Positions 28,920-37,803 of a DNA stretch of 64,000 bases are shown here, piece by piece. This stretch comes from Parcubacteria group bacterium Greene0714_7 (GTDB taxonomy: Bacteria; Patescibacteriota; Minisyncoccia; Phycocordibacterales; Phycocordibacteraceae). The stretch's first letter is position 1, and the number at the start of each line of letters is the position of its first letter. A program made the translations under genes and the position numbers. Below the pieces are notes generated by a model that ran no database searches, was not told where the DNA came from, and saw only the letters and a program-made list of their open reading frames with translations. The stretch spans positions 9,235-73,234 of the forward strand of contig VMHB01000005.1 of NCBI GenBank assembly GCA_007378985.1. Direction: 5' to 3'.

Positions 28920-30704
28920 TTATCGAACCTCCCAGTTTTTTTGAGTCACTGCCTTCGTTACTAAATCCATCCACCCACTTACTTCATCATCGGTGAGCGT
29001 TCTATCATCCGCTTGGAATACTAATCGAAATGCATACGAAGTTCTGCCGTCTTTAGAGAATGTATCGAAAAGCTCACACCGCACCAGTAGCGGTCCTGCA
29101 TTCTCCATTATGTGGGACCTCGTAGGTCCCACATCAGTGCCTTCGGGAGCCCAGAGGGCAATATCGCGGACAATAAAAGGATATACAGAGAAAGGCTGAT
29201 ACATACCGAGTTTATATTTTTTCGGTGTGTAATCTTTTCCATAGTCTTCAAGTTTTGCAATTGAAAGATTATCTACCGTGCCAGCGCCTTCTCCCCACGC
29301 AGAAACTCGTTCAGTCATGCGAAGCTCCACATATTCTCCCGCTTTAGGAAATACGGTGCCCACTTCAAAGAGTTTTAATTTTTCACCGGGCGACAGGAGA
29401 AGCGATTGATACTGCTTGCCTCGAGCGAGAGCGTCTTGAACTCCTATTTCAAGACTGGGACGAAGTGCCGGCATGGTTTTATCAAGCGGGTTCGCAAGAT
29501 ATTGCGTCGAAACTTCAACGAAGCCTTCCTCTACAAGCATGTCTTTCATCCGCTCAATACCTCGATAACGCGCTTGATCGGGTGCGGTGTTGAAGGTAGG
29601 CTCTACTCTAGGCACGCGATCATATCCCAAAATTCGCCCTACTTCCTCGATCAAATCTTCAGGAATCTTGAGATCAGTTCTTTCAAATGGGGGCGTTATG
29701 GTAAATGCATTTTCTGAAATGGAAACAGAAAGATCAAGTCGTTTAAAAACATCAGCGACTTCTTCTTTTAAGAAACCAGAACCAAGAAGTTGGTTAATAC
29801 GGTCGAGCGTGATCGAAACATCGATAGGCGTATCTTGAGGTTTATTACGAATGTCTACCACCCCAACCACTTCCCCTCCTGCAACCTGCTTGATGAGAGA
29901 AAGAATCGCCTGCATACCATACACAGTTAATTCAGGGGACGGACGATTTTGAAATCGTTGAGACGCATCCGTAAAGAGCTTTAATTTTTGTGAAGCCTTA
30001 CGAATGAGCGTACCGTCGTAATTTCCTGCAGAAATAAAGAGATCTTTTGTTTCGCTCGTGACTCCAGACGAGAACCCTCCTTTAATGCCAGCAATGTCGA
30101 GAAGCGATCCGCCGACTGCGTCGGAAAATGTAAACATCTCTTCCGTGAGTGTATATTCTTCGCCCGTGAGCACCTTTATTTTCTCACCTGCTTTCGCACG
30201 ACGAATATCTACCTTTACAACACCATTATCATCCTTTATTTTCGCAAGATCAAAAGCGCCTGATGGCTGACCGATATCAAGAAGCACATAGTTGAGTACA
30301 TCAACAACGTTATTGATTGATCGCTGTCCCACAGACTCGAGTGCACTCTTTAGCCACTCGGGCGAAGGCCCAACAGTAACTCCACGAACAAGTGCGCCCG
30401 TGTGCCGAAGCGTGTATGCAGGATCTGCCGTCACCATAAGTGTGTCGGTTTTCGGAAATTCAGGGATGGGTGCACGAAGTGGATCCGATTTTAAGGGGAG
30501 ATTAAGGATTGCAGAAATTTCTTTTGCGACACCACGATGCGACAAACAATCTGCGGCCCGATTTGGAAGTACTTTCACATCCATCGAAACCTCTTCAAGA
30601 TCCTCTATCTCGAATGCGTGGAATGTGAGCGCGTCCGCAATATCCTTCGGGCTCGGGAGCGGCGCGTCAAAGTATTTCTGTAGCCATGCAGTTGAAACTT
30701 TCAT
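28920..30704 (-). CDS. pheT: phenylalanyl-tRNA synthetase beta subunit (shortened)
   Basis: 594 aa; MKVSTAWLQKYF N-terminus; B3/4 and B5 domains; carries an in-frame copy of the 25-nt palindrome near the C-terminus. Confidence 0.85.
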   Translation of the reverse strand: MKVSTAWLQKYFDAPLPSPKDIADALTFHAFEIEDLEEVSMDVKVLPNRAADCLSHRGVAKEISAILNLPLKSDPLRAPIPEFPKTDTLMVTADPAYTLRHTGALVRGVTVGPSPEWLKSALESVGQRSINNVVDVLNYVLLDIGQPSGAFDLAKIKDDNGVVKVDIRRAKAGEKIKVLTGEEYTLTEEMFTFSDAVGGSLLDIAGIKGGFSSGVTSETKDLFISAGNYDGTLIRKASQKLKLFTDASQRFQNRPSPELTVYGMQAILSLIKQVAGGEVVGVVDIRNKPQDTPIDVSITLDRINQLLGSGFLKEEVADVFKRLDLSVSISENAFTITPPFERTDLKIPEDLIEEVGRILGYDRVPRVEPTFNTAPDQARYRGIERMKDMLVEEGFVEVSTQYLANPLDKTMPALRPSLEIGVQDALARGKQYQSLLLSPGEKLKLFEVGTVFPKAGEYVELRMTERVSAWGEGAGTVDNLSIAKLEDYGKDYTPKKYKLGMYQPFSVYPFIVRDIALWAPEGTDVGPTRSHIMENAGPLLVRCELFDTFSKDGRTSYAFRLVFQADDRTLTDDEVSGWMDLVTKAVTQKNWEVR

Positions 30705-30707
30705 AGT

Positions 30708-31436
30708 TTATTTATTATCAAAGCCAAGAACAAAACGAATATCTCCCGAGTGGAAAAGGCGTACATCTGGAATGCCATACTTCACCATTAAGAGTCGCTC
30801 CAAACCACCACCAAAGGCAAAGCCTTGTACCTTTTCTGGGTCGAGCCCGGCGTTTTTAAACACACTTGGATGGAGCATTCCTGCACCTGCCATTTCAAGC
30901 CACCTGCCTTCTTTCCCTTTCGGCTCGAACCAAACATCGATTTCAACAGATGGTTCGGTGAACGGAAAAAAGCTTGGGCGAAAACGCACTTTTGCACCTT
31001 CACCTAAATACTCTTTATAAAAACGATCGAAGGTACCTTTGAGATGTGCGAGTGTTATCTCTCCTCTTTGTGCGACAGCAAAGCCATCGAGCTGATAAAA
31101 CTGCGCTTCATGAGTCATATCAGTTGCTTCATTGCGAAACACCTTCCCAGGATTGATGGTGCGCATTGAAGTTGTTCCTGTCTTTGCCATTTGCTCTAAA
31201 CAGCGAATAGTTACTGAGGTGTCGTGAGTGCGAAGTACAAACCCAGGGCGGTCTTTTATCCAAAAGGTATCCTGCATATCACGCGCAGGGTGATCAGCAG
31301 GCACATTGAGTGCGCTGAAGTTATGAAACTCATCTTCAAGCTCAGGACCGTACGCAATACTGAAACCCATACGACCAAAAATATCCGCAATATCACGCAC
31401 TGCAACTGAAATTGGGTGTAGGCGACCGACTGGCAT
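30708..31436 (-). CDS. pheS: phenylalanyl-tRNA synthetase alpha subunit (catalytic core only)
   Basis: Class II core; ...KYGIPDVRLFHSGDIRF C-terminus; ORF-track start at 31460 reads into the upstream hairpin, so real start is MPVGR at 31436. Confidence 0.85.
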   Translation of the reverse strand: MPVGRLHPISVAVRDIADIFGRMGFSIAYGPELEDEFHNFSALNVPADHPARDMQDTFWIKDRPGFVLRTHDTSVTIRCLEQMAKTGTTSMRTINPGKVFRNEATDMTHEAQFYQLDGFAVAQRGEITLAHLKGTFDRFYKEYLGEGAKVRFRPSFFPFTEPSVEIDVWFEPKGKEGRWLEMAGAGMLHPSVFKNAGLDPEKVQGFAFGGGLERLLMVKYGIPDVRLFHSGDIRFVLGFDNK

Positions 31437-31447
31437 ATAGAGAAGAG

Positions 31448-31490
31448 TATACCCCCACACCTTTTAATTCTGAAAAGGTGTGGGGGTATA
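31448..31490 (-). promoter_or_regulatory. perfect 18-bp-stem hairpin 12 nt upstream of the pheS start codon; identical element upstream of the next gene
   Basis: tatacccccacacctttt / aattctg / aaaaggtgtgggggtata, then tatactcttctctatATG. Confidence 0.55.
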
Positions 31491-31545
31491 CCCCGTGAGG
31501 TAAATCATTTAAACACTACTCGCCTCCTAGGGTTTACAGTACCAA

Positions 31546-31597
31546 AAAGACTGTATAGTATAATTTAACGATCGTTAAATTATACTATACAGTCTTT
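31546..31597 (+). repeat. 52-nt perfect palindrome AAAGACTGTATAGTATAATTTAACGAT|CGTTAAATTATACTATACAGTCTTT
   Basis: Verified by reverse-complementing half-sites; family member at 24025. Confidence 0.7.
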
Positions 31598-31646
31598 ACA
31601 TGCTACGTGTGGCGATAGTGCGTGTTATTGCGTTCAACTTATGGCA

Positions 31647-32501
31647 CTAAAAGCCTGAGATATCGTAGAAGGCCGACCCGTCCTTCACAATCAAAGCACC
31701 ATTCACAATCCGAAACTGAGCCCCTGGTCTACTGTAGAGAGGGACAACGAGAGGAACCGGGCGAACATCATTTTCTGCAAGAAAGATTCCAGATTCTTTT
31801 GTTGAATACACTACGCCACCTGCAAAAAATTGTGCATGAGTGGTTGTCTCTCTACCTTTTTCAATAAAAAATTCCTGAACACAAGAAGAGGGTTTAATAC
31901 AAAATGAGCTCGGTACAGACTGCGGATCCTTCATCCATCTCACAATAAGATTGCCATCCTCGATATACAGTTCCGCCCCAGCACGAGTGTCAACTGGCGT
32001 CGATGTCGCCATACCTCCCTGAGTTGGCGCAGAAACTATTTTACGTGCAAAAGCTTTTACGAATGTATTATATTCATTCTTTGAAACAGCCCGAGTTGTC
32101 GATGCAGTATCCCCTTCTCGTATTTCAATCTCACGAATCAAAGTCGATTGAGGAACAAGGAAAGCAAAAACATCGGTGACGATACGTGCCTCTACAGTCA
32201 ACTTCTTTACCCAAGGATAGTATCCTTCACGAGATACCTGCACAGCATAGGTTCCAGCAATAAGGTTGTCAGTATAAAACGAACGAGTAAAAAGACTGCT
32301 CACACCCTCCTCCTTTCCATTAATGAAAACGCTCGCATCAGATAATGGCACAGAAACATACACTCCCCCAGTTTCAACAAAAGAAAGCCCGTTAAAACGG
32401 TATCCAGATGCATAAAAAACAGCGACGGGTACGGTGAAAAGAAAAGCGGTGATGGAAACAGCAAGATATATGAAGCGTGTTCGGCGCGAAAGAGGTTTCA
32501 T
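31647..32501 (-). CDS. membrane-anchored PEGA-domain protein
   Basis: Start MKPLSRR + TM; GTYAVQVSREGYYPWVKKLTV PEGA-like motif; ORF-track N-term MWGYTILY is translation of the hairpin repeat. Confidence 0.5.
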   Translation of the reverse strand: MKPLSRRTRFIYLAVSITAFLFTVPVAVFYASGYRFNGLSFVETGGVYVSVPLSDASVFINGKEEGVSSLFTRSFYTDNLIAGTYAVQVSREGYYPWVKKLTVEARIVTDVFAFLVPQSTLIREIEIREGDTASTTRAVSKNEYNTFVKAFARKIVSAPTQGGMATSTPVDTRAGAELYIEDGNLIVRWMKDPQSVPSSFCIKPSSCVQEFFIEKGRETTTHAQFFAGGVVYSTKESGIFLAENDVRPVPLVVPLYSRPGAQFRIVNGALIVKDGSAFYDISGF

Positions 32502-32512
32502 GTAGAGAATAG

Positions 32513-32555
32513 TATACCCCCACACCTTTTCAGAATGAAAAGGTGTGGGGGTATA
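32513..32555 (-). promoter_or_regulatory. second copy of the 18-bp-stem hairpin, 12 nt upstream of the PEGA gene start
   Basis: Same stems, loop cagaatg; followed by tatactattctctacATG. Confidence 0.55.
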
Positions 32556-32567
32556 CCCCGTGAGATG

Positions 32568-34178
32568 TTAGTTTTTTTGCACGACAGGCTGTGTGCGTCT
32601 ATTTTTTGGTGTCACCCAAAAACCAAGATATTTCCCAAACAAAAGTCGGACCTGCGCATCAAGACCAGGTATCGCACTGAAAATAACCATAGTGAACGGA
32701 ACAAGAATCCACTGGAGCGCCATAGTGATACTTCGGCGCCACGAGTACTCGTGTGGGCGCTGTGGAACTAAATACATAAAGAAAATTGAAGATGCTACGA
32801 GACCCGACATCGCAAGCGTCAAAAACCATGTGGCAACAATAGGAAGATTATATGAAAGCACCGTTGCGTTGAAAGTATGACCTCCAATAAAGAGCGGTAG
32901 CCATCCCACAGCAAAGAGAATTAATGGGTGTGTCGCTAAAGACCAGAACCCTTCAATTTGTATAAACGATAAACGCCACTTTTTCGAAAACGAAATACGC
33001 GGATTGTGCATGAAATTAAAAAGCATATACGCTATATTTTCTGCGCCGTATGACCAACGACGATGTTGCTTGTACAGACTACCCACGGTACTAAGCCAAC
33101 TCTGCGACACATTTGCATCCATAGACACCGGATACGACATAGGCACGACACGATAATTACCGTCGTAATGCATGAAAAGATTAAAGAAAATTCGAGAATC
33201 TTCTGATACCACATTCTTCTGCCAATATCCGACATCAACAAGTGCACGCATGGAGACAGCGTGCGAGGAAAATGTCGTAAGACGTTCAGGCATCTCCTGC
33301 TGAATCATTTGCCAGAAAGTTGAGGAATACGCGAGCACCCTTGAAAGAATTGGTGCATTCCAAATATTATTATTATAGAGAGGTACTGGCTGAAACGAAG
33401 CGTGAAGTGCATCATCCTCGGTAAGAAAGTACCAAGTAAGGCATGCAAAATAATCTGGATAGATTACAGTGTCGACATCAAATGCTGATACCAGTGTTTT
33501 TTCATAACTAATCCCACGCGCATCTAAAATTCGCTCCTTTGCTTCTTTGGCAGCGTACGCAATGTTTGAGCCCTTTCCAGGAAGCTCACCTAGGGTATTT
33601 GGTGGGTGCACTGTAACAATCACATCAGCAAAGTGGTCTTTAAATTCTTTTTGCAAACGAAGTGCTGTGCTCTTAGCGTCGGCACCAGCACGTTCTTCCG
33701 AAGCAATAACAATCGCAATTTGTTCTTTCGGGAAACGTGACTTTTGCAAGGCAGAAATACTTTCAGCAAGGACTTCATATGGCTCGTTGGCAAAAGGGAA
33801 AATTACGAGATGTAAAATATCCTGATATTTAAGGTTCAAGAGGCGTGCTTGCCAATCAAGTTCCATGTTATGACGAAGTCGCTTGAAGTTGTGCCATAAA
33901 TGAACCGAAAGAAAAATAGTCTTAAAAACCCAGTACCCTGAGAAAAGAATAGTGAAATAGGCAGCGAGTGCAGGAGCAAAAAATGAAAGCGCCACTAAAC
34001 CAAAGAGTGTTCCGAAGGAGAGGAGTCCTGGCAGTATTTCAAAAACACGGTACAAAGTTCGATTTTTACCAGTAAGGTCAGAAGCTCTACCTACATGTAG
34101 ATATGGATTTTTTTCTAAGGAGTTTTCCATATGGTGAATGAGTACAAGAAAATCTTTAGTGGCGAAATGCCCGAACAC
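32568..34178 (-). CDS. family 2 glycosyltransferase, processive membrane-embedded type (cellulose/PNAG synthase-like)
   Basis: 536 aa; multiple TM helices; QHRRWSYG (QxxRW) motif; start may be the internal Met at ~34130. Confidence 0.75.
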   Translation of the reverse strand: MFGHFATKDFLVLIHHMENSLEKNPYLHVGRASDLTGKNRTLYRVFEILPGLLSFGTLFGLVALSFFAPALAAYFTILFSGYWVFKTIFLSVHLWHNFKRLRHNMELDWQARLLNLKYQDILHLVIFPFANEPYEVLAESISALQKSRFPKEQIAIVIASEERAGADAKSTALRLQKEFKDHFADVIVTVHPPNTLGELPGKGSNIAYAAKEAKERILDARGISYEKTLVSAFDVDTVIYPDYFACLTWYFLTEDDALHASFQPVPLYNNNIWNAPILSRVLAYSSTFWQMIQQEMPERLTTFSSHAVSMRALVDVGYWQKNVVSEDSRIFFNLFMHYDGNYRVVPMSYPVSMDANVSQSWLSTVGSLYKQHRRWSYGAENIAYMLFNFMHNPRISFSKKWRLSFIQIEGFWSLATHPLILFAVGWLPLFIGGHTFNATVLSYNLPIVATWFLTLAMSGLVASSIFFMYLVPQRPHEYSWRRSITMALQWILVPFTMVIFSAIPGLDAQVRLLFGKYLGFWVTPKNRRTQPVVQKN

Positions 34179-35118
34179 CAGTGAGCGCCATAGCTACACC
34201 ACTGTCGTTACATGCTTGAATAGATTCTTGGTCACGGATAGAACCACCTGGCTGAATAATTGCCGATACACCTGCATTAATTAAAACATCCGTTGCATCA
34301 CGAAATGGGAAAAACGCATCGGATGCAACTAGAGCCCCCTTCATCCGCTCCCCTGCTTTTGTAACGCAGAGTTCTGCACAACGCTTTCTATCTTGTTGAC
34401 CAACCCCTGAAGCAATTAATGTTTTATTTTTTACTGCAACAACAGTGTTTGATTTTGAGCTCCGACAAATTGCCCACGCAAAAAGAAGATCATTTAATTC
34501 CTCCGGCGCAAGTTTTTTATCCGTTACTGTCTTTAGTTGCTCTACAGAAAATAGAGCAGTATCCGCATCCTCAACAAGCATTCCTCCGCGAATTTTATGC
34601 ATTGCTTTTGCAGTGGCAGGTAGAGGATTTTTCAGTGCTTCATTGGTAAGAATTCGCAGATTCGGCTTCTTTGCAAAAACAACAAGCGCTTCAGGAGTCG
34701 CGGAAGGTGCCATAAGTATCTCAAAAAAATTCTCAATCATTTTCTCTGCCAATGATGCGTCCACTTCTCTGTTGACCGCCATGATGCCACCAAATGCGGC
34801 GAGTGGGTCACCGTCGTACCATGCAGCCTTGTACGCATCAGTAAGATTCTCTCGAAGCGCTGCTCCGCAAGGGTTTGTATGTTTTACGATGACGCACCCA
34901 GCTTCAACACTGCCTAAATGTGAGAGTGCAAAAAGCGCTCCGTCCATATCAAGATAGTTGTTATAGGAAAGCTCTTTACCTTGAAGCACCTTGAAGTTCT
35001 GAATTGCCAATGGATCAACGCTCTCAGAATCGATTTCATAAAACCAACCCTCTTGATGAGGGTTCTCGCCATAACGAAGCTTTGTACTTTTACCAAACTT
35101 TAGGAAATCGTCTTCCAT
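34156..35118 (-). CDS. purH: AICAR transformylase domain protein (PurH C-terminal domain only, no IMP cyclohydrolase domain)
   Basis: 320 aa; YGENPHQ...VKHTNPCGAA AICARFT motifs. Confidence 0.8.
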   Translation of the reverse strand: MEDDFLKFGKSTKLRYGENPHQEGWFYEIDSESVDPLAIQNFKVLQGKELSYNNYLDMDGALFALSHLGSVEAGCVIVKHTNPCGAALRENLTDAYKAAWYDGDPLAAFGGIMAVNREVDASLAEKMIENFFEILMAPSATPEALVVFAKKPNLRILTNEALKNPLPATAKAMHKIRGGMLVEDADTALFSVEQLKTVTDKKLAPEELNDLLFAWAICRSSKSNTVVAVKNKTLIASGVGQQDRKRCAELCVTKAGERMKGALVASDAFFPFRDATDVLINAGVSAIIQPGGSIRDQESIQACNDSGVAMALTGVRAFRH

Positions 35119-35250
35119 GCAAGCATTATACCTATTTTAGTCTGAAATACAGACTCCACTTTATTATAATATTTCTGAACATTTTCTTCCTCAAAACTTC
35201 CCCTTACCCTCCCGATTACAAATAGCACTAAACAATATAAGAATGTTAAT

Positions 35251-35270
35251 ATATACGATATATCGTATAT
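35251..35270 (+). promoter_or_regulatory. 20-nt perfect palindrome ATATACGATATATCGTATAT overlapping the start codon of the TrpR/YerC-like gene
   Basis: Read directly; last nucleotides overlap the ATG at 35269. Confidence 0.6.
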
Positions 35271-35688
35271 GCCACATATATCCAAGCATCGACTGACACA
35301 AGAAACAAAGCAAGAACTTGAAGACCGGGTATTTGCATTCCTTTTCGATACACAAATGAGAGATCGTAAGAAGATATTCCGTGAACTTTTCACTCGAACG
35401 GAACGCACCATGATTGCAAAACGACTCACATTAATCTTTCTTATCTCACAAGAACTCCCGCCATACAGCATTAGTCGTGTTCTCAAGATGAGCCCATCTT
35501 CCGTTGCTCGTTTTCAAAAAGCCTTGAACAAGGGCGAATACGCTGCCACTTCATTATGGCTGAAGCCAAAAGGTATACGAGGGCAATTTCTATCTTTCTT
35601 CGACGATGTTGCTGATGTGCTTTTCAGTGGCAAGCGCAAATCAATAGCGCAGATTCTTAAAGATAATGAAGCGAGGGGTACATTCTAA
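35269..35688 (+). CDS. TrpR/YerC-like helix-turn-helix DNA-binding protein
   Basis: 139 aa; TERTMIAKRLTLIFLISQELPPYSISRVLKMSPSSVARFQKAL HTH resembling the Trp-repressor-like YerC/YecD family. Confidence 0.55.
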   Translation: MPHISKHRLTQETKQELEDRVFAFLFDTQMRDRKKIFRELFTRTERTMIAKRLTLIFLISQELPPYSISRVLKMSPSSVARFQKALNKGEYAATSLWLKPKGIRGQFLSFFDDVADVLFSGKRKSIAQILKDNEARGTF

Positions 35689-35719
35689 ATATATACGATA
35701 TATCGTATATATTTAGAAT
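35682..35719 (+). promoter_or_regulatory. 38-nt perfect palindrome ATTCTAAATATATACGATATATCGTATATATTTAGAAT spanning the stop codon of the TrpR-like gene
   Basis: Verified palindrome; third copy of the ATATACGATATATCGTATAT core. Confidence 0.65.
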
Positions 35720-35757
35720 ACGAGAGAAACGGTACATCAAGTCACTGAAATAAAAAA

Positions 35758-35825
35758 GGGCTACCTCCCGGATTCGAGCCCCAGTAGTAGACGCTGACGT
35801 CACTACGGGGCAGGCTAAGGACCTT
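35758..35825 (-). other. tRNA-like remnant (T-loop GGCTCGAATCC and variable-arm-like hairpin, no pairable acceptor stem)
   Basis: ggggctcgaatccgggaggtagccc resembles a tRNA 3' half; no complementary 5' acceptor strand found. Confidence 0.2.
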
Positions 35826-35846
35826 CTATCTTATTTTTCTACTGAG

Positions 35847-35919
35847 AGCCGCCTCCCAGATTCGAACTGGGGACCTTCACTTTACAAAAGTGTTGCTCTA
35901 CCAACTGAGCTAAGGCGGC
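35847..35919 (-). tRNA. tRNA-Thr (anticodon UGU), CCA not encoded
   Basis: rc reads GCCGCCTTAGCTCAGTTGGTAGAGCAACACTTTTGTAAAGTGAAGGTCCCCAGTTCGAATCTGGGAGGCGGCT; cloverleaf folds, loop TTTGTAA. Confidence 0.8.
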
Positions 35920-35929
35920 AATGGTACTA

Positions 35930-36334
35930 CTATACAGACTTTTCTTGTCCTGTGCCATCTCCTGACACTGTGTCAGGTTTTTCAGGTACGATAGTTTGAA
36001 GAAATGGTGAAACTTCTTTCTTGTTAGTATTCGATGCCGACATACGCATTCGATATGAAATACGTGTCAGAGGTCTCTCAACTGCACGGAGCGTAGCGAC
36101 GAGCAACAGTACGAACTGGTGAACAGTATGTTGTAAAAATGCAAAAAATTGTATGCGGTACTTCTGGGGAATACTTCCCGTGACAGCACTCCGATAGACT
36201 TCAACCACCTGCATATCGACACCCTCTCGCGCTCTTGCCCACATCCGAATACCTCGTTTCTCCTCCCACATTCGAAATATAACAAATGCACTCAAAAAAA
36301 TAAGAGCGACTACAAATGTATATACAGCAAACAT
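35930..36334 (-). CDS. hypothetical small membrane protein downstream of tsf
   Basis: 134 aa; N-terminal TM helix; operon position rpsB-tsf-this. Confidence 0.35.
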   Translation of the reverse strand: MFAVYTFVVALIFLSAFVIFRMWEEKRGIRMWARAREGVDMQVVEVYRSAVTGSIPQKYRIQFFAFLQHTVHQFVLLLVATLRAVERPLTRISYRMRMSASNTNKKEVSPFLQTIVPEKPDTVSGDGTGQEKSV

Positions 36335-36336
36335 AC

Positions 36337-36921
36337 TTACTTAGTTGAAAATCGTATAAAACGATCAATATCAACACGCTCACCAAATTTCTGAGTTGCT
36401 CCGTCAATAAGGTTTTGAATAGTTTTTTCAGGATCCTTAATGTATACCTGTTCCATAAGAACCATATTTTTCAAATACGCATCCACTTTCCCCGCAAGAA
36501 TAGTTTCTTTTAAATTCTCCGGCTTTCCTTCTACCTCTTTCAAGAACAATGTCTTAATTTCTTCGAGTTTCTCAGTAGAAATTTCTTCTCGTCGAACATA
36601 CTGTGGGTTTGAGGCTGCAACATGGAGAGCAATATCTCGAGCAAGAGCAACAAATTCGTCATTCTTAGCTACAAAGTCAGTCTCGGAACGAAGGATTACC
36701 ATCGATCCAATTTCTTTGTTCGAGTGCACATATGAAGAAACAATACCTGCCGCAAGCACTCGGTCTCCTTTCTTCAGAGCAAGTGCGCCACTTTTTTTAG
36801 AAAGAATCATTAATGCCTTTTCTTTATTGCCACCTGCTTCTACAAGTGCAGCTTTGCATTGCATCACCGATATTCCAGTCTCCTCACGAAGCGCTTTCAC
36901 CATCTCTGAAGTAATTTCCAT
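36337..36921 (-). CDS. tsf: elongation factor Ts (short form)
   Basis: 194 aa; MEITSEMVKALREETGISVMQCKAAL UBA-like N-terminus. Confidence 0.9.
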   Translation of the reverse strand: MEITSEMVKALREETGISVMQCKAALVEAGGNKEKALMILSKKSGALALKKGDRVLAAGIVSSYVHSNKEIGSMVILRSETDFVAKNDEFVALARDIALHVAASNPQYVRREEISTEKLEEIKTLFLKEVEGKPENLKETILAGKVDAYLKNMVLMEQVYIKDPEKTIQNLIDGATQKFGERVDIDRFIRFSTK

Positions 36922-36974
36922 ATTTGATATATGACTATAAATTAAAAGTCACCAGACACTTCACTCTTTCGTTT

Positions 36975-37715
36975 TTAACCTTTCACTGCAACTGTAGCCT
37001 CTTCTGTAGGAAGAACTCTTCCTTTCGTTCCTTCACGGTAGCCTTCAACGATTTGTGCAAGGAAAAATGAGACAGCCTCTTTTGATGCGTCGTTACCGAC
37101 AATTGGGTATTGAACTGCAGAAAAATCGCAATCAGAATTCATAATGCCCACAACAGGAATACCTAATGTTGCTGCTTCAGAAACCGCAATAGATTCAGCG
37201 CGTGTATCAACAATAACAAGTGCATCAGGAAGTCTCTCCATGCTGTTTAATCCAAGGAAATTCTCCTCAAGGCGATTAATTTCACGATCAAAAAGAACTC
37301 GCTCTTTCTTAGTGTATTTTTTTGCTGAAGCTCCCGTATCGCGTTCACCAATAAGTTCCTGCATGTGCTTTATGCGACGCTTGATTTCATTAAAATTGGT
37401 GAGTGTGCCACCGAGCCAACGACCAGCAACATACGGCATTCCGAGAGCCTCGGCAGTCTCCTTTACCAACTGTTTCATTTCAGGCTTTCCACCAACAAAA
37501 AGAACCGTCTTACCATGAGCACCAAGACCTCGCACAAAAGTAAGTGCTGTCTCAAGAATAGGAGCAGTTTTGGTAAGATCTAAAATGTCAGTCTTATTCT
37601 TTGAGCCATATACGAGCGACTTCATTGTTGCGTGGCGACGCGAACGGGAAAAACCAAAATGAGCCCCTACCTTAAAAAGGGCTTCGACGAGCGGAGAATC
37701 AGTATTCTGTGACAT
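36975..37715 (-). CDS. rpsB: 30S ribosomal protein S2
   Basis: 246 aa; VLFVGGKPEM...YVAGRWLGGTLTNF. Confidence 0.9.
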   Translation of the reverse strand: MSQNTDSPLVEALFKVGAHFGFSRSRRHATMKSLVYGSKNKTDILDLTKTAPILETALTFVRGLGAHGKTVLFVGGKPEMKQLVKETAEALGMPYVAGRWLGGTLTNFNEIKRRIKHMQELIGERDTGASAKKYTKKERVLFDREINRLEENFLGLNSMERLPDALVIVDTRAESIAVSEAATLGIPVVGIMNSDCDFSAVQYPIVGNDASKEAVSFFLAQIVEGYREGTKGRVLPTEEATVAVKG

Positions 37716-37740
37716 GCGGATTACTCTAACACAGAGAAAA

Positions 37741-37800
37741 CGGCTACTAGGTTATAGGTTTTAAATTCAAGCTAGAAGCTAGCACCTAGAACCTAGTACC
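37741..37800 (+). repeat. 7-bp periodic array: TAGGT units then reverse-orientation AGCT/ACCT units across ~60 nt, between prfA and rpsB
   Basis: ctaggttataggttttaaattcaagctagaagctagcacctagaacctagtacc. Confidence 0.6.
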
Positions 37801-37803
37801 TTC

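Noticed and set aside
35758-35825. Second full tRNA next to tRNA-Thr
   Set aside because: It is T-loop-like but has no complementary acceptor 5' strand, and its T-stem cannot pair. It is reported only as a tRNA-like remnant.
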